This document shows positions 14,542-27,753 of a stretch of DNA of 64,000 bases, piece by piece. Under the pieces are notes generated by a model that did no database searches, was not told the DNA's origin, and was given only the letters and a program-made list of their open reading frames with translations. Origin of the DNA: Paramecium tetraurelia. Lineage: Eukaryota. A program made the position numbers and the translations under genes. The stretch is from positions 1 through 64,000 of the forward strand of contig CT868062.1 in the NCBI GenBank assembly GCA_000165425.1, given 5' to 3'. Position 1 is the stretch's first letter; each line of letters opens with the position of its first letter.

Positions 14542-15707
14542 TTTGGAAATATGTATTTGAGAAATTCAATAATTTAATTCAAATATATCCATCTTAATGA
14601 TTCTTAATTAATTTTGTGTATTAAAGAAAGAATATAAAAATTAGTACAACTTAAATATCCTCAATCATAATCATACCAGAATACAGTTTGATCTCGGTTC
14701 GATATAGAAAATTTTTATATTTATAAACAAACTATTATCATATAATAAAATATTTCTACAAACTTAATAATTCCTATTATGATAGTGATCAAGGAGAGAA
14801 TCTTAATTGAAATTATTTCGAATCTAACTAAAAAAATTATCTAAATATATTGATTGAAAGGTTTACTAAATATATGAATATGAAATAAAGATTGAAGTTT
14901 AAGAAAAGGACATGAAGTAATAAAATTCATTAAGAGTAGAAAGGACCTCACATATGAGTTATGATTTAATAAATACTCAAAGATTGAAATATTGGAATCG
15001 AAGATATTGTGCCTAATAATTTGATATATATACTTAAAAAAATTTAAAATATGATTTTGATATCATTTTTGAAATCTAAATTGGCTAAAAAATACAATAA
15101 ATTTATTATATAGGCATTAATTGCAATGATTTAATTATGAAATTACAATATTTATTAACAATCTGAAAATATAAATATTGGGATAATAATTAAACAGTAT
15201 TTATCCAATTTTGAAATTCTATAAGTAGATTTGTATTATAGATAAAGTAGGTTGAGAACTTAGAACAAAAACACTAATAATTCGATTAATATTTGAGACA
15301 GATAAAAAAGGTCTGCTAAAGCTACTTAATCTAATTTCTTCATATATTTTTATTCAATTTCTTTTCAAAGCAAGATATTTTTATTCCATTATTTCTTACT
15401 TTTGCTCCAATTTGCATATAGTAAGATTGAGAAGAATTACTTGCTAATTAAATAGCCCATATATGATTGATTTTAGGATATAATTGAGTAAGCTTTACAT
15501 TTAAACATGTCAATCCTTACTATTGAGACAGGAAGCAACTCAGGAACTAAGATTTGGTATTATCATGCTGATTTTCGCTTAATAATGATCTCCAAAGTTG
15601 GTATTATTTTGGATTATAAATCTTGCATTCCATAAACTGAAATTTTGCACTTTATTTATAATTTAAAATTCCATCTTTTGAGACACTTAGATTAATAAAA
15701 CATTTGA

Positions 15708-17718
15708 ATGAATAATATGCATAATTAGAATATTTGTGAGACTCACAATAGATAGAACTAATTTGTTTGTATTGATCCAGGTTGTTCAGGTAGTGATTCA
15801 ATGCTTTGTGAACAATGTGTTTCTTCTGATAGACATTAAGAATGCAAGGAAAAAAATTATATAATATCATTTGAGAAATTCATAAAAATAACTGCTAAAA
15901 TTGCTAAAGAGAAGATGAAGCAAGAAGATGTTTCTATTCTTAACCTCAAAGAAACGATAGACAATTTATAATATTTTTATTCAGAATTTAGATAGTATTA
16001 ATTTTATTAAATCTTAGGGATGTAGATTCTCGAAAAGATTTATACTTCAAACTTAAATAAAAAATTAAAAATTTTGAGTATTATAAAAATCCAAAGTACT
16101 TGTAATAGGTCAAACAGAACAGCGCTTTCAATTAAGACTTTTTCTTCCAGAATGATTACGAAGACAGATCTGAAAAACCCTTAATAAAATATATAGCAGA
16201 GATTGACAATTCAATTCGTCAGATGAAGGATATTTTTAACAAGAAAAGAATTGAATAGAAGCCTTAACAACAAATTATAAAATAGATCATTATAAGATCC
16301 TGTAATTCCAGTCGAGTTCTAAGCTAAAATGAAATTGATAATGTAAATACAAAATCTGAATTTAAATAACATAAAGATGCTGAGAAGAAAAGTAATTTAA
16401 TATAATAGCAGTAACTATTATTTGAGGTAGAAAGAGATTAATAAGAAACTACTGCTAAAGTAGACTCTCTCTAGATTAACTAAATTATACCAGATTAAAA
16501 TAATCAATAATAAAATTAGTAGCCTAACTCCTCATCTGAATCATCAATTATTCCTTAAGCCTAAAATTATTCTATAGACCCTGATAAAGCGCTGATAAAA
16601 TAGTAAGTCAATCAGATGGACTTCGGAAACCCATAACAAAATCTGGATTATAGATTTGGAATTTCTTCTGTAAACTGTTAGAATCTAAATTCTGATCTAG
16701 CTTTAGAATCCTAAAAGAAAATAGTCTCTCTTATCAACCCTATCGTTAGTAATAGGGATAATTAATCGGGTATTTTGAAATCTAAATTCAAATGTAGAAA
16801 ATTATTTGGAAAACTTTTTGGAAATTCTCCAATTATCAAAATTCAAGTTATTGATGACAAATAATTGATCTATTTAAGTGAAAATAAGCTATCTCATGTA
16901 ACTGAATACAAGTCTAATTCTAAGAATAAAAAGATAGAGAAGAATTTAGAATATGTAATTTTTGATTTTGTAATGATAAAGGACAATTCAATTTTAGTTC
17001 AAACTGATTAAGGTTTAATTCTGTTGAATAAATACTTAGATCAATTATACACATATAAAAGGATAATCTATAAGAACCACTTAGCTATTTACAAGAATTT
17101 AAAGGATTTTGATATCTCCACAAATTTTGTGTGTTATCTTTAAGATGTCAACCAATTTCTATTATGCTAAGTGATTGACAATAAAATCGTTGAATAATAG
17201 AGAAGATAATTATAGACGAGTTAACTAAGCATCATATCAATAAAAGTAATTAAGAATAGTTTATATGTTGGGTATCATACTGGAAAAGTTAGTATATATG
17301 ACCTTTAGACTTGGTTAGAATAAAAGACTTTTCAAATTTTAACAAGCTGCAGTGAAGTCTTTCCATCTATATTTTTTGAGGAGAAGTTTTGTTTAGCCAT
17401 TTAGTAAAATAACCTGTATAGAATAAATTATGATAAAGAAATAATTAAATTGTGTTCTACAAAACATAATATTATTTCGTGTGCTTATTACATTAATGAT
17501 GAAAAGAAGAAATACGAATTCCATTTATTGCAAGATAATTATGTAATTCAATAATATTATATTAGAAAATCTATCTATGTTATTAGAATAAGGATAAATT
17601 TTATAATAAAGAAAGATTATAATAAAGCATTTCATGTGTTAGCTATTATTTAGATTGGCAATAACCAAAATTTTTTTATGGAGAAAGAAACGGAGGAATA
17701 TTCTGTTATCATATATGA
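15708..17718 (+). CDS. Protein with B-box-like zinc finger, Gln-rich linker and C-terminal beta-propeller-like region
   Basis: N-terminus MNNMHNQNICETH..FVCIDPGC..LCEQCVSSDRH. Two 23-nt introns (15995-16017 and ~17543-17565) restore the frame. C-terminal strands LYVGYHTGKVSIYDL and FFYGERNGGIFCY. Confidence 0.75.
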
Positions 17719-18828
17719 GAATATGATTTCTTAGAATATATGTATTAAAGGATTTGATAAATTTTAATTTGATTTTTTCTATCCTTAAACAATTAAATTA
17801 TTATAGAATCTATAATTAATAAATTTAATAATGTTTAAGTTGTGAGATATTTTTAAACATTTGAATTCCTAGATTCTAATGTAAGTTCCTCTGTCTAATT
17901 TACAAAAATCTTCCTAAAATAACCATAATATTGTTTTGATTTTCTTCTCAAAATCTGAAGGAAAGAATACTGCTAACTTTGAATTGCTATAGTTGTTCTT
18001 GATTGCCTGATTGGCACAAAATCAAAAGTACACTCGTTCCTAGTCTAGAACTGAATTACTTTTCCTAATTTTGAAGTATTACTTATTTTGAAATGTTTTG
18101 ATAATTACAAGATTTTTATTTTGCAGAACATATATTGATCAAGCTACACATAAATTTGAGAGTTTGTGCCCTAATAAAGGAAATAAAATGATTGGAAAAT
18201 AATATTAGTATTAAAAAGACCAATTTTTAGTAAATAAGTTTAAAATAGTTATGAAACAGCCTCTTGCATGCACCCTATTATTAAATATTATGACTATTTG
18301 GAGATGATATCTTTGCACTTCATAGACGTATTCCTTTCCCCTCTATTTTCATTTACATACTTTAATTACCATTGAAAAAATAATTCAGAAATATATCTGA
18401 ACATTTTTGACTTCTAGTGAATAAAAATAGCAAGACTCTTCAATTCCACGTCTTACTAGTATAAGGTACTAAATAGAATCCATAAATAGCATTTTAGAAA
18501 AGTAAATTTATTATAATATGAAATAACTACTTCTGCTACAAAAGAAGCCCTTTGAAATACCTATTGAATGCATATTTCGAGAAGTTAATGAAGGAAGCGA
18601 AAGCCAACTAATGATTTCATTTTTATTTATTTTTCACCAATTGTTTGAGTCAGATTGGAATAAATGGAATTGACTTTAATTTAAATATTGTTCATTATTT
18701 ATTTTAATACTGGGAGAATCATTACGTCATTTATGAATTAATAGTAAAATTTGTTAGAATTAATTGCTATTGATAAGGTATTGAATAAATCTTTTTAAAT
18801 TATATATTTTATTTTAGAAATCATACAT

Positions 18829-19519
18829 ATGTAAGTATCTAATATCAGTGATTTGTCTGACATCATCAAGGAGGCAGAGAAAGTTTACACCTTTAGAAAA
18901 TTAGTGGAGGAAGATGCTGAACAACTAATGGTATTAATGACTGATGCGTTTGTACATCATAATGATGCATTTTTGATTTTAGATTCAATAGATTCAGATA
19001 TGAGTAGTAAAGCAATTCTTCAAGAATAGTATCAATTATTCATATCTATAAATTAGTTTGTTGATGATTAAGGAGAATCTATCTTTTGGAGCATTTCATG
19101 GAGATAAGCTAGTCTCAGCATGTTTAAGTTACGATTTGCAACGCAAGTCAGATATGAATGTAGATTCCGGGGTAGAGTCCACAGAAGCATAGAAAGAAAT
19201 TGCAAATATGCTCAGTAGTTTGCTTGGTTAATATGGTGATACAAAAAGTCTTCCCAAAAATGAAATATGTTATTTGAGTCATTTGGCAACATTTTCTGAT
19301 TACTGCAAACAACACCTGGCCTTGATATGTTCCTATTTATCAGTCCTTGAAACTAGAAAATAAGGATTTTAGAAAATGCTAACAAGCTGTGGACATGTGG
19401 CTACTTTTAAGGTGTTCACAAAAATATTTAAGGAGTATGAATATGTCAAAATAATTGAAAAACTTAAAGATAAACCTTTATTTATGAAATCGGTGATAGC
19501 AACAATAACCCCATAATGA
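18829..19519 (+). CDS. GNAT-fold N-acetyltransferase (arylalkylamine N-acetyltransferase-like)
   Basis: YTFRKLVEEDAEQLMVLMTDAF; SFGAFHGDKLVSACL; motif-A-like YLSHLATFSDYCKQHLALICSYLSVLETRKQGF. One 28-nt intron at ~19029-19056. Confidence 0.7.
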
Positions 19520-20189
19520 AAATCATGTATTAATAATTATTATATGATAAATTATTTTTTCTTATTCTATCAAGGTATTAACCAAATTTTAGTTTCATAA
19601 ATCAGACATTGCATTTCTATAATTAAGAATACAAATATTGACGTTCTTTAAAGTTATCCAAGATAAAAATTGATGTTTTATAAATGAAGCATGGTCTATT
19701 ATCTTATTTAACTTTTTAGTGTGTTCTATTGATTATATTAATTAGGATATAATAATTCTGTTAGTTAAAGCAAATATCCTTTAAGTAATTATTAGATTAA
19801 GACCTCTAAATTAAATATTTCTTTAATTAATCTTAGCAAGAATGTATTTTGATAAGACGGAAACGATCGATTTAAAATTATTTGCTTTTATGATAGTTCA
19901 TTTAATTGTTGAACCACGTTTTTACCATGTTGATATTACAAAATGAAGATTATCATATTAATTAAAGAAACATAAATTATTATTACTAAAGGAATGATGA
20001 TTTCATTTATCAAATTTATTTCAACATCATAATCAAAACATTTAATTTGATAATCTAGTAATCACTTCAAATTCTTGAAATAATAAACTTATATATTTAT
20101 TTATTTTTTTTAATAAAATCGAATTGGGAATATATAAATAAAATACCTTAAAATGAGGTTTTTACCTAATAGAAAAGTATATATTGTAT

Positions 20190-20690
20190 CGATTGAGGTT
20201 GTTACACCAAAGATAAAATTTCTATCAAATTAACATGAAGGTTAACTATTAATTAAGGGAAATGAATAGATAATTTAATTTAGTTCTTTTATTTTTAAAT
20301 GAATCCAATTTGGACAGCTGTAAAGGATATCACACATACTTAACAAGTTATTGTCTGAATTTAGAATAAATAAGTAGATGTGAAAAGCAACGATTGATAA
20401 ACATATGGGGAAAATAGAAGATGCTAGAAATTTTCTAACTATTTTAAAATTAGATGCCAATAATACGAATCACTTTAGATGAGGACTCAATATAATCAAA
20501 AACTATTCTATCAGAATTAGTATGCTCATCGAAAGATTTCAAGAGATGATGGCCACTTGTTGTTATTCGATTTTTGAATAAGGATTACACTAATTCACAA
20601 TCTGTTGTAGGATGATACTTCAAGAATTAATCTAGATCTGGCAGGTGTAAAAATAGCTCTGAAACATATATGAATATTTAAATATAAATG
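20190..20690 (+). pseudogene. Possible decayed TPR-like gene remnant
   Basis: Fragment KHMGKIEDARNFLTILKLDANNTNHF resembles a TPR helix pair, but all frames are interrupted by TGA or frameshifts. Confidence 0.25.
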
Positions 20691-21247
20691 AAAATTAATC
20701 GTAAAATAGAAAATATAGATTAGATAGCTTAATTCTTCTATTTTTTGTGGAAAAGTGAAATATCATTATAGAATATATATATACAATATATGAGTTTTAG
20801 AATATTGTATTGAATTTCTTCTATTTTTATGTTATAACAATATATTCCAATATCTATATCAAAGTTGTTGGAGTTAAAAATTGAAGAATCAACACCATCT
20901 TAGAAATGTTTCTTTTTTACGTTTCTCCATATGAAGTAAGAGAATGAATGATAACTCTTATGTATTTATCAGCAAATCAATATTTGAAGCAGTTGGTTAG
21001 CTTCAAATTGGGTTTCTTGAAGTTTGTTTACATATGGAATTGTCAAAACATTAAATTAATAGTTATTGTTATTAATTTAATGTTTGTGTAATCGTTAATG
21101 AATTAATTACATCATAGTATGAAATCAATAATATAATTTAAAAATATTTAAATATTTAATAATAATTGTGACGTGATTGCAATTTTATATTGATCTCATT
21201 ATTTGATATATAAGCTCATTTATCTTAATGAATTGAAGTAATTATTA

Positions 21248-22294
21248 ATGTAAAAAGAATTATTAACAATATTAGCCCTAACATTGTTAGCAGGTACAAC
21301 CCTATTGAACACCACTTAAAGCTTAGAATCAACATCCTTCTTAGAGGACAAATTAATGAAGGAATACTAATTATGGTAATAGGAACATGGAAAAAGATAC
21401 TCTTCATTTGAAAACACACACAGATTTGGAATTTTTAAACAAAATTACGCTTATGTATAAGAACACTAAAAAAGATTTGAAGCTGGCTTAGAAACTTATG
21501 AACTTGGTATGAACGTCTTTGCTGATATCTCTTCTGAAGAGTTTGAAGCAAAACATTTAAACTTCAAACCATCCAATAAATAACAATCTGAATAAGTCTT
21601 CAGAGCACAAGGAAGATAAATCCCAGAAAGTGTTGACTTGAGAAATGATGGAGTCGTCGGTCCAGTCTAAAATCAAGGAAGTTGTGGATCATGTTGGGCA
21701 TTCTCTGCTGTTGGTGCTTTGGAAACAGCTGCAAGATAGAGCGGAGAAAAAAATGTTGAATTTTCTGAATAAGAACTTGTTGATTGTGTCAAAGGAGGAG
21801 AATATGAGAGTGATGGTTGCAATGGTGGTTTTATGTTCGAAAGTTTTAATTATGCCACAACTAATGGTATTGCTATCAAATCAGAATACCCATATGTTGC
21901 TGTTGCCTAAGATTGCTAAGCTAAAAAGACTAAAACTAGATTTTAATTCAATGGATTTGTTGAAGTTGAATCACTCAATTCCTAAGCCTACGTTGAAGCT
22001 GCATCTCAACATGCACTCTCTGTTGGTGTCAATGCAAAAGGAATCAATTTCTAACTTTACAAAAAGGGTATCTTCTCATCATAATGTGATGGAAAAATTG
22101 AATCACTTAATCATGCAATTCTCAATGTTGGATATGCATCAGATTATTATTTACTTAAGAATTCATGGGGACTTTCTTGGGGAGAAGCTGGATTTATCAG
22201 ATTTGCAAGAATTGCAAATAAAACTGGATAATGCGGAGTTCATTAGGATGTAACCTATCCAATTTACAACAAGAATTCTGCTGCCATTTAATGA
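21248..22294 (+). CDS. Cathepsin L-like papain-family (C1A) cysteine protease precursor, 348 aa
   Basis: Signal peptide, ERFNIN/GNFD-like propeptide (RFGIFKQN..GMNVFAD), catalytic QNQGSCGSCWAFS, LNHAI and LLKNSWG. Intronless 1047-nt frame. Confidence 0.97.
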
Positions 22295-22486
22295 TTTTAT
22301 TAAATGTATATTATTAAATTCAGCATTATTTTAAACATTTTATTCTTATTTAAGCAACCAAGATTATATTTTACATTAAATTTTGGTATTTATATATTAT
22401 TCATAATATTAAAATACTTGTTGCTAAGACATTATCATCTCAGAATCATAAAATTAAACTAGTATATTGGTGAATCAAATAATTAT

Positions 22487-24094
22487 TCAATCAACATACA
22501 GTTTATATATTGAATAACTTCCACTTTTCTAAATTTCTTTACATTCCCAAACCACTAAGAATTGTCCATCATTAGTCATCGTACCTTAACTTCTATTCGA
22601 TTAACACTAAATAATTTTTATTATTTGAAATTTCTGGTCTAACGTCTCTCCAATAATATATATCCGTAATTTGTGTCTAATTATAATTAAATTTTTATTA
22701 TTATTGTAAACTATAGGAAATAGGAAGCTGTCTTAAACATGATCTCTTTACAATTCTATTGCTTTATCATTTTTCTATTAGAACACTCCATTGTTAAGTT
22801 CAAAAACATTAATATCTGCATCTGCAACTGACAATAATAAGTTATCTCTTAAAAATTTCACCTTTAAACATCTTTCACAAAAAGATTATTTAACAAAATT
22901 GCTGAAAACCCAAACATTTCTTTTTTTTTTCCAAACAATAATTCGGTTTTACAATCCAGCGGAAACCAAAAATGTTTCAGATTCATTTAAACTTAATGAA
23001 AATATACTGTCTTAATGCTAAATTAATTAAGTTTAATATTCTAAAATATTTTTTTTGAAATTCAATTCCCAAATTTTTATTGTTGAGTCCAGGCTTGCTG
23101 AAATTAATTCATTTTCTTTCTAATTCAATATTATGCATAGTATTTATCCAGTATGCATATTATATGGTTATGAAGATTTCCATTATGTATTCTCTGATTA
23201 TTACCAGCATCGAATTGAACAATCAGCAGAACCAGATATAAAGCAGTTGGAAAATTTACTAAAAATTAAACAGTTTACACTCTCAGAGTGCCCTAGCAAT
23301 TTACATCTCTCTTCAATTATACCATTTTTAAAGTTGAATACTCTAATTATTTCATCACATGTGGATATCATAATTTCATCAGAATGATTAAATGAGATCG
23401 CTCTACATTATTACGGTTATAAAAACTGATTTTCAATCAATTGTATTTCCAAATTTTGATTCTTCTATTAGAAATTTTGGCTTTTTAATTGTTCTCTAAA
23501 CTTAGTCAAGGAAGATTCCTCAAGCTCTTTCAAGTAACTTTTGAATTCTTAATATTCATTCGATAACTATAAAGACATTAGTTAATCTATATAGGATTCT
23601 AATTTTGATTAGCAAGATTAATTATACGTTTGAATATTTTTCATTAACATAACATGCGATTAGGAGGTAGATACCTTTTTCTTTATTTGATTGTCTAACT
23701 CTTCAAAGAAGCTATATTTAATCGTGCTTTGTTAAATTTAATCTAATTAATTTTTCCATTGCTATATAACACCTTCAATTTAATCAAGTTATGAAAGCAT
23801 TTTTGTTTTGAGATTCTGAACGTTTATTGCCAACATCTGAACATTTTTTTCTGTTGCCTTTATGAAAACTTCAACACTTTCTGCGTTTCTTTTTTACTCA
23901 TTCTCAATAATTTAGATAACTTTTTAAAATCCAACTATTTTGACATTCCCTTCAAAGTCTTACATGCACACATTGCATAATAGTCTCTCATTATTTTTTA
24001 AATGATCATCAAATAAAACCGTTGTGATCGGTGAATTGTGGTTTTTTTAACATGTTAGTTATTCTTAATTTTCTATTACTTAATATTTGAACAT
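22487..24094 (-). CDS. WD40-repeat protein with N-terminal CxxxH..CxxC motif and coiled coil (paralog 3), intronless, ~535 aa
   Basis: 1608-nt code-6 frame. Starts MFKYQVIENQEQLTCQKNHNSPI...ERLLCNVC. Contains LEGHSESVNCLIFS..FISGSADCSIRCW and MTNDGQFLVVWE. Confidence 0.88.
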
Positions 24095-24531
24095 AATAAA
24101 TATTTTAATATATTAGTTAACTCGATGATTTTTTAAATAAGATTGGGTCAATTTGTATCAAATATAGCTTGAAATAATTAAAGAAACAAAACAATTAAAT
24201 AGGAATATGAATCATAGTTATGGAAATTCTAATACAAACAAGAAAATGAATCAGCTTAAGCAATTAATGAAGACTTAAAACATGATCACTACTAATTAAT
24301 TGAGCTCAATAAAATGAAAGAACTAAAATAGAATACAGAGTGGAAAATATTCTATTTAAAAGTAGTTTGCAGAAAGCACAAATTTTTCAAATAATAGGAT
24401 ATCACTTGATTTTATAAATTAATTAAATATTCATTTCGGCAATGTAATTGAGATTATTTTAAAATTATGCAATTTTACATGAAATATTCACTGTAAATTC
24501 TACTATTGATATATTTATAAATAAATCTTGT

Positions 24532-25275
24532 TCAAAATTGTTGTTTTATGCTTTCATTCTCTGATACTACTCTTCTTGGTAATTGAAAGACATAAGCTTT
24601 TTCAGCTAATTTATAGCGTTCATCAAGAATTGCGCAATTGATATACTTAGTTCCATTTTCCTCCGTCATCCCATAGCCTTCATGCACATGTCCAAAAATA
24701 TGATAAAGGGGCTTAACTTCTTTTATTCGATTAGCTAATGCTTGATCTCCCCATTCTCCCTCAGTAGGTTCGTAACTACTAACATAAGAGCTATGACCTA
24801 ATGGGGCTCCATGTGTTAAAACAATATCAGATCCTTCCTCCATTATTTTCCAAAATTCTTCACCATCTTCTTCATCAACTTAAAATGCCCATGGATTAAA
24901 AGGTATTGTTGGAGAATATGGACTTCCCCAAATCTTATATCCTTCTATAACGACAGAAGAATTCTCCAAGTAAATGCAACTTTACTTTAATTTCTCTTTC
25001 AGTTTTATATGATCCATGGGAGCATATCTTTTGTGGAATCGATCCCTGAGCTATTTTTCATATTTTTCAATATCTAGAAAAATATCATGATTTCCTGCTA
25101 TCACAACCTTATATTTAAAAGGTAATGCCTTTATCCAATCAATGAACACTTCGACTTCTTTGTATTCTCCATGTGTTGAGAAATCTCCACAATGGATAAA
25201 TACATCTCCCTAAGGAATTTCAATAAAGCGCGAATGAGTATCGCTTATGCAAACAAATGTTAGAGGATTGTCCAT
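24532..25275 (-). CDS. Metallophosphoesterase (calcineurin-like, MPPED/239FB type), 247 aa
   Basis: All five metal-binding motifs are present: CISDTH, HCGDF, AGNHD, LTHGAP, FGHVHE. Intronless 744-nt frame. Confidence 0.95.
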
Positions 25276-25555
25276 CAAGCTAAAAGTCTTTTCAATTATT
25301 TTATTACTAGAATTTATGATTCATAGTTTTCTACTATTATATAATACGTAAATTCTATCATTTTGATCAGAAAAAATACTGTAAATTAAAAATACTCAAT
25401 TGCAACATAAGTTAATAGTGATTTCTCTTTTTATTTTAAGTCTTTTACTGATAGGTTTTGTATTAAATGAAACAATAGAATGGATAGGATGTTATCAATT
25501 AGATTAACATTATCATAAAATAATTTTATCACATTTATTAAATATCAAAGATAAA

Positions 25556-26194
25556 TCAACCTAAACCTTAAACTACATTAAAGAAGTGATATATTTTGGC
25601 TTTGACATCATACACCCCAATTTCTTCTTGACACATTTTGCATTGCACTGACAACAATATGTCATCATTTTTCACTTTTTCATTTTCTAGTGGTTTGACA
25701 AATTTATTTTCTATGATTTTTGTATTAATTGTTACCATTGCTCTATATTACTTTTTATAAATCTCATGCTATTGACAATGATAACTAATTTAAATAAAGC
25801 AATTTGAACAACTTATCACAGTATTATTTTCACTGTTTTTGAGATGAGCTTCATATTTCGATTAAACATATTTTTCGTTTTATAAATCCTCCAATGGATT
25901 ATAAAACACTTATTCCATCATCAATTGCTTTTTTGTCTATTCGAAGTTGAATTCAATTTGTGTATTATTTTTCATTTCTTCATCCTCGTCATCATCAATC
26001 CAATTCTATTATGCATAATCCATAACATATTATGAATCATAAGCAGTGTTCTCCAACTTTTTTTTGTTTCTCTTAATCACATTATCTAAGCCTAAATGAT
26101 ATTCAATACCAGAGAAATTAATATTTGAAAATTGGAGAATGCTATCCTTCTTATGAGGATCAGGATCCCAATCATCTTAGTTCTCGATGTCCAT
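25556..26194 (-). CDS. EAPP: E2F-associated phosphoprotein-like protein
   Basis: FYNPLEDLQNEKYV, ISCSNCFIQISYHCQQHEIYKKQYRAM and VQCKMCQEEIGVYD..IYHFFNV match the EAPP C-terminal domain pattern. One 24-nt intron. Confidence 0.85.
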
Positions 26195-26234
26195 ATTTAT
26201 ATTTTAAATTTTTATAATAAATATTAAAGAATTA

Positions 26235-27668
26235 ATGTCAGAAAAACAAAATCAACAAAATCCCAAGAAAGGAGAGTCTTGGAAGCCTAAAGAAAAATTT
26301 GATAAGAAAGCAAATAAAGAGAAACAAAAACAAGAATAAGAATAAACAGAAGCCAAACAGGAATCCAATAAGACAGTGTAATAATAATAATAACAATAAC
26401 AATAATAAACTAACCAACAACCCATTGTTAAATAAGCAACGCAATAATAGTAGCCAATTAATGATAAATAAATTGTGTAGACAGAGCCACCAAAAGAGTA
26501 AAACAAAAGAAAAGATTTCCTTTCACATCTTCCCATCTTTTAGGATTACACCTCTGTAAGCATAAAGACAGTCAAATAAATTGATGTAATATATTGTTTC
26601 TACTTTAGCCTTTGACCTTGCATCATTCTTTTATAGAGCTATGCATTTAATATTAAAATGGATAGTGCATAGGGTCTACTCATCGATGTGTGGAATTTCT
26701 TAATGCCTTGAAATAATTCATAAAGGATTACAAGTTATCAAAACAATCAAATTACTTCGCTATGGCATTTTTGGATGAATTAAAGAAAATCTTCAATTTA
26801 ATGAAAAATTTTAGAACAGTAAATGAGGGAATGAGCACATCCTATTTATTCATAAGGGAGTGCTTAATGATCCTAAGAGACACAAAACTTGATGAAAATG
26901 AATCAAAGATTTGGCTGTGCAATCAGATTGATCAATTCATACAATCCAAAATCATCTCAGCATCAGAGTTGATTGTTAAAAATGTATATAATATCTCATA
27001 TCCTATGAAAAAAGGCTACTCAATTGATATAAGAGGGAACAACAATTCTAGTATATGCTCGATCCTATTTGATTGAGAATTTCCTCATTAACTATTTTAA
27101 GTAAGGTAAGTAATTGACTATCTTCGTCGTCGATAACCCTTAATTCGGAGAGGGATCGTAATTAGTGAATCGTTTATAATAATAGGGAATCTCCTGTTAT
27201 TAAATATTGTTATCTCATGTTAGCTACATTCTGTCAAAAGTAGAAACAATCTAATATCATATAGGTTGATAAAATCTTGGTAGGAGCATCGTCAATGTTA
27301 TGTAATGGAGCCCTGGTATCAAGAGTTGGGACAGCCTTGTTGGCATGCCTGGCATCAACTCATAAAATACCATTTTTAGTATTTTGTGAAAGTTATAAAT
27401 TCTCAGAAAAGAGTCAAATTGATTCATTGTCATGGAATGAAATAGCGTAATTAGAACAGGGAAATGAAAATCAATAATACACTTCTTTGAGTCTCAGATA
27501 TGATATAACATAGTCCAATTATATTAATATGGTATAGCGCATAATCTAATTTACTAGATTGTGACAGAGGTTGGATTGATACCGGCTACATCTGTGAAGG
27601 CAGTGATTGGGGAGTTCAAGAAATATAATTATGTGGATGCTATTGAAGTTCCTAGAAAAGATTAATGA
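26235..27668 (+). CDS. EIF2B4: Translation initiation factor eIF2B subunit delta
   Basis: K/Q-rich N-terminus, then FLSHLP, LHHSFIELC..IGSTHRCVEFLNALK, VGASSMLCNGALVSRVGTALLA, FCESYKFSEK, YDIT..IVTEVGLIPATSV. Four short introns. Confidence 0.92.
26379..26408 (+). repeat. (TAA/CAA)10 trinucleotide repeat encoding poly-Gln within eIF2B-delta
   Basis: taataataataataacaataacaataataa lies in frame in the N-terminal low-complexity region. Confidence 0.8.
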
Positions 27669-27753
27669 AAATGTTAATAGGTAAAAATGGTATAATTATT
27701 AAATATTGTATACAATTTAATATCTTGTATTACTAATAAATTTATATATATTT

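Noticed and set aside
15652..15870. Minus-strand 72-aa ORF
   Set aside because: Overlaps the better supported plus-strand B-box-like N-terminus starting at 15708.
21645..22253. 202-aa standard-code ORF in the track
   Set aside because: Off-frame shadow of the cathepsin L gene; the true frame has TAA/TAG = Gln and holds all catalytic motifs.
26238..26559. Poly-Leu, poly-Tyr and poly-Asn ORFs in the track
   Set aside because: Alternative-frame and antisense readings of the (TAA/CAA)n poly-Gln region of eIF2B-delta.
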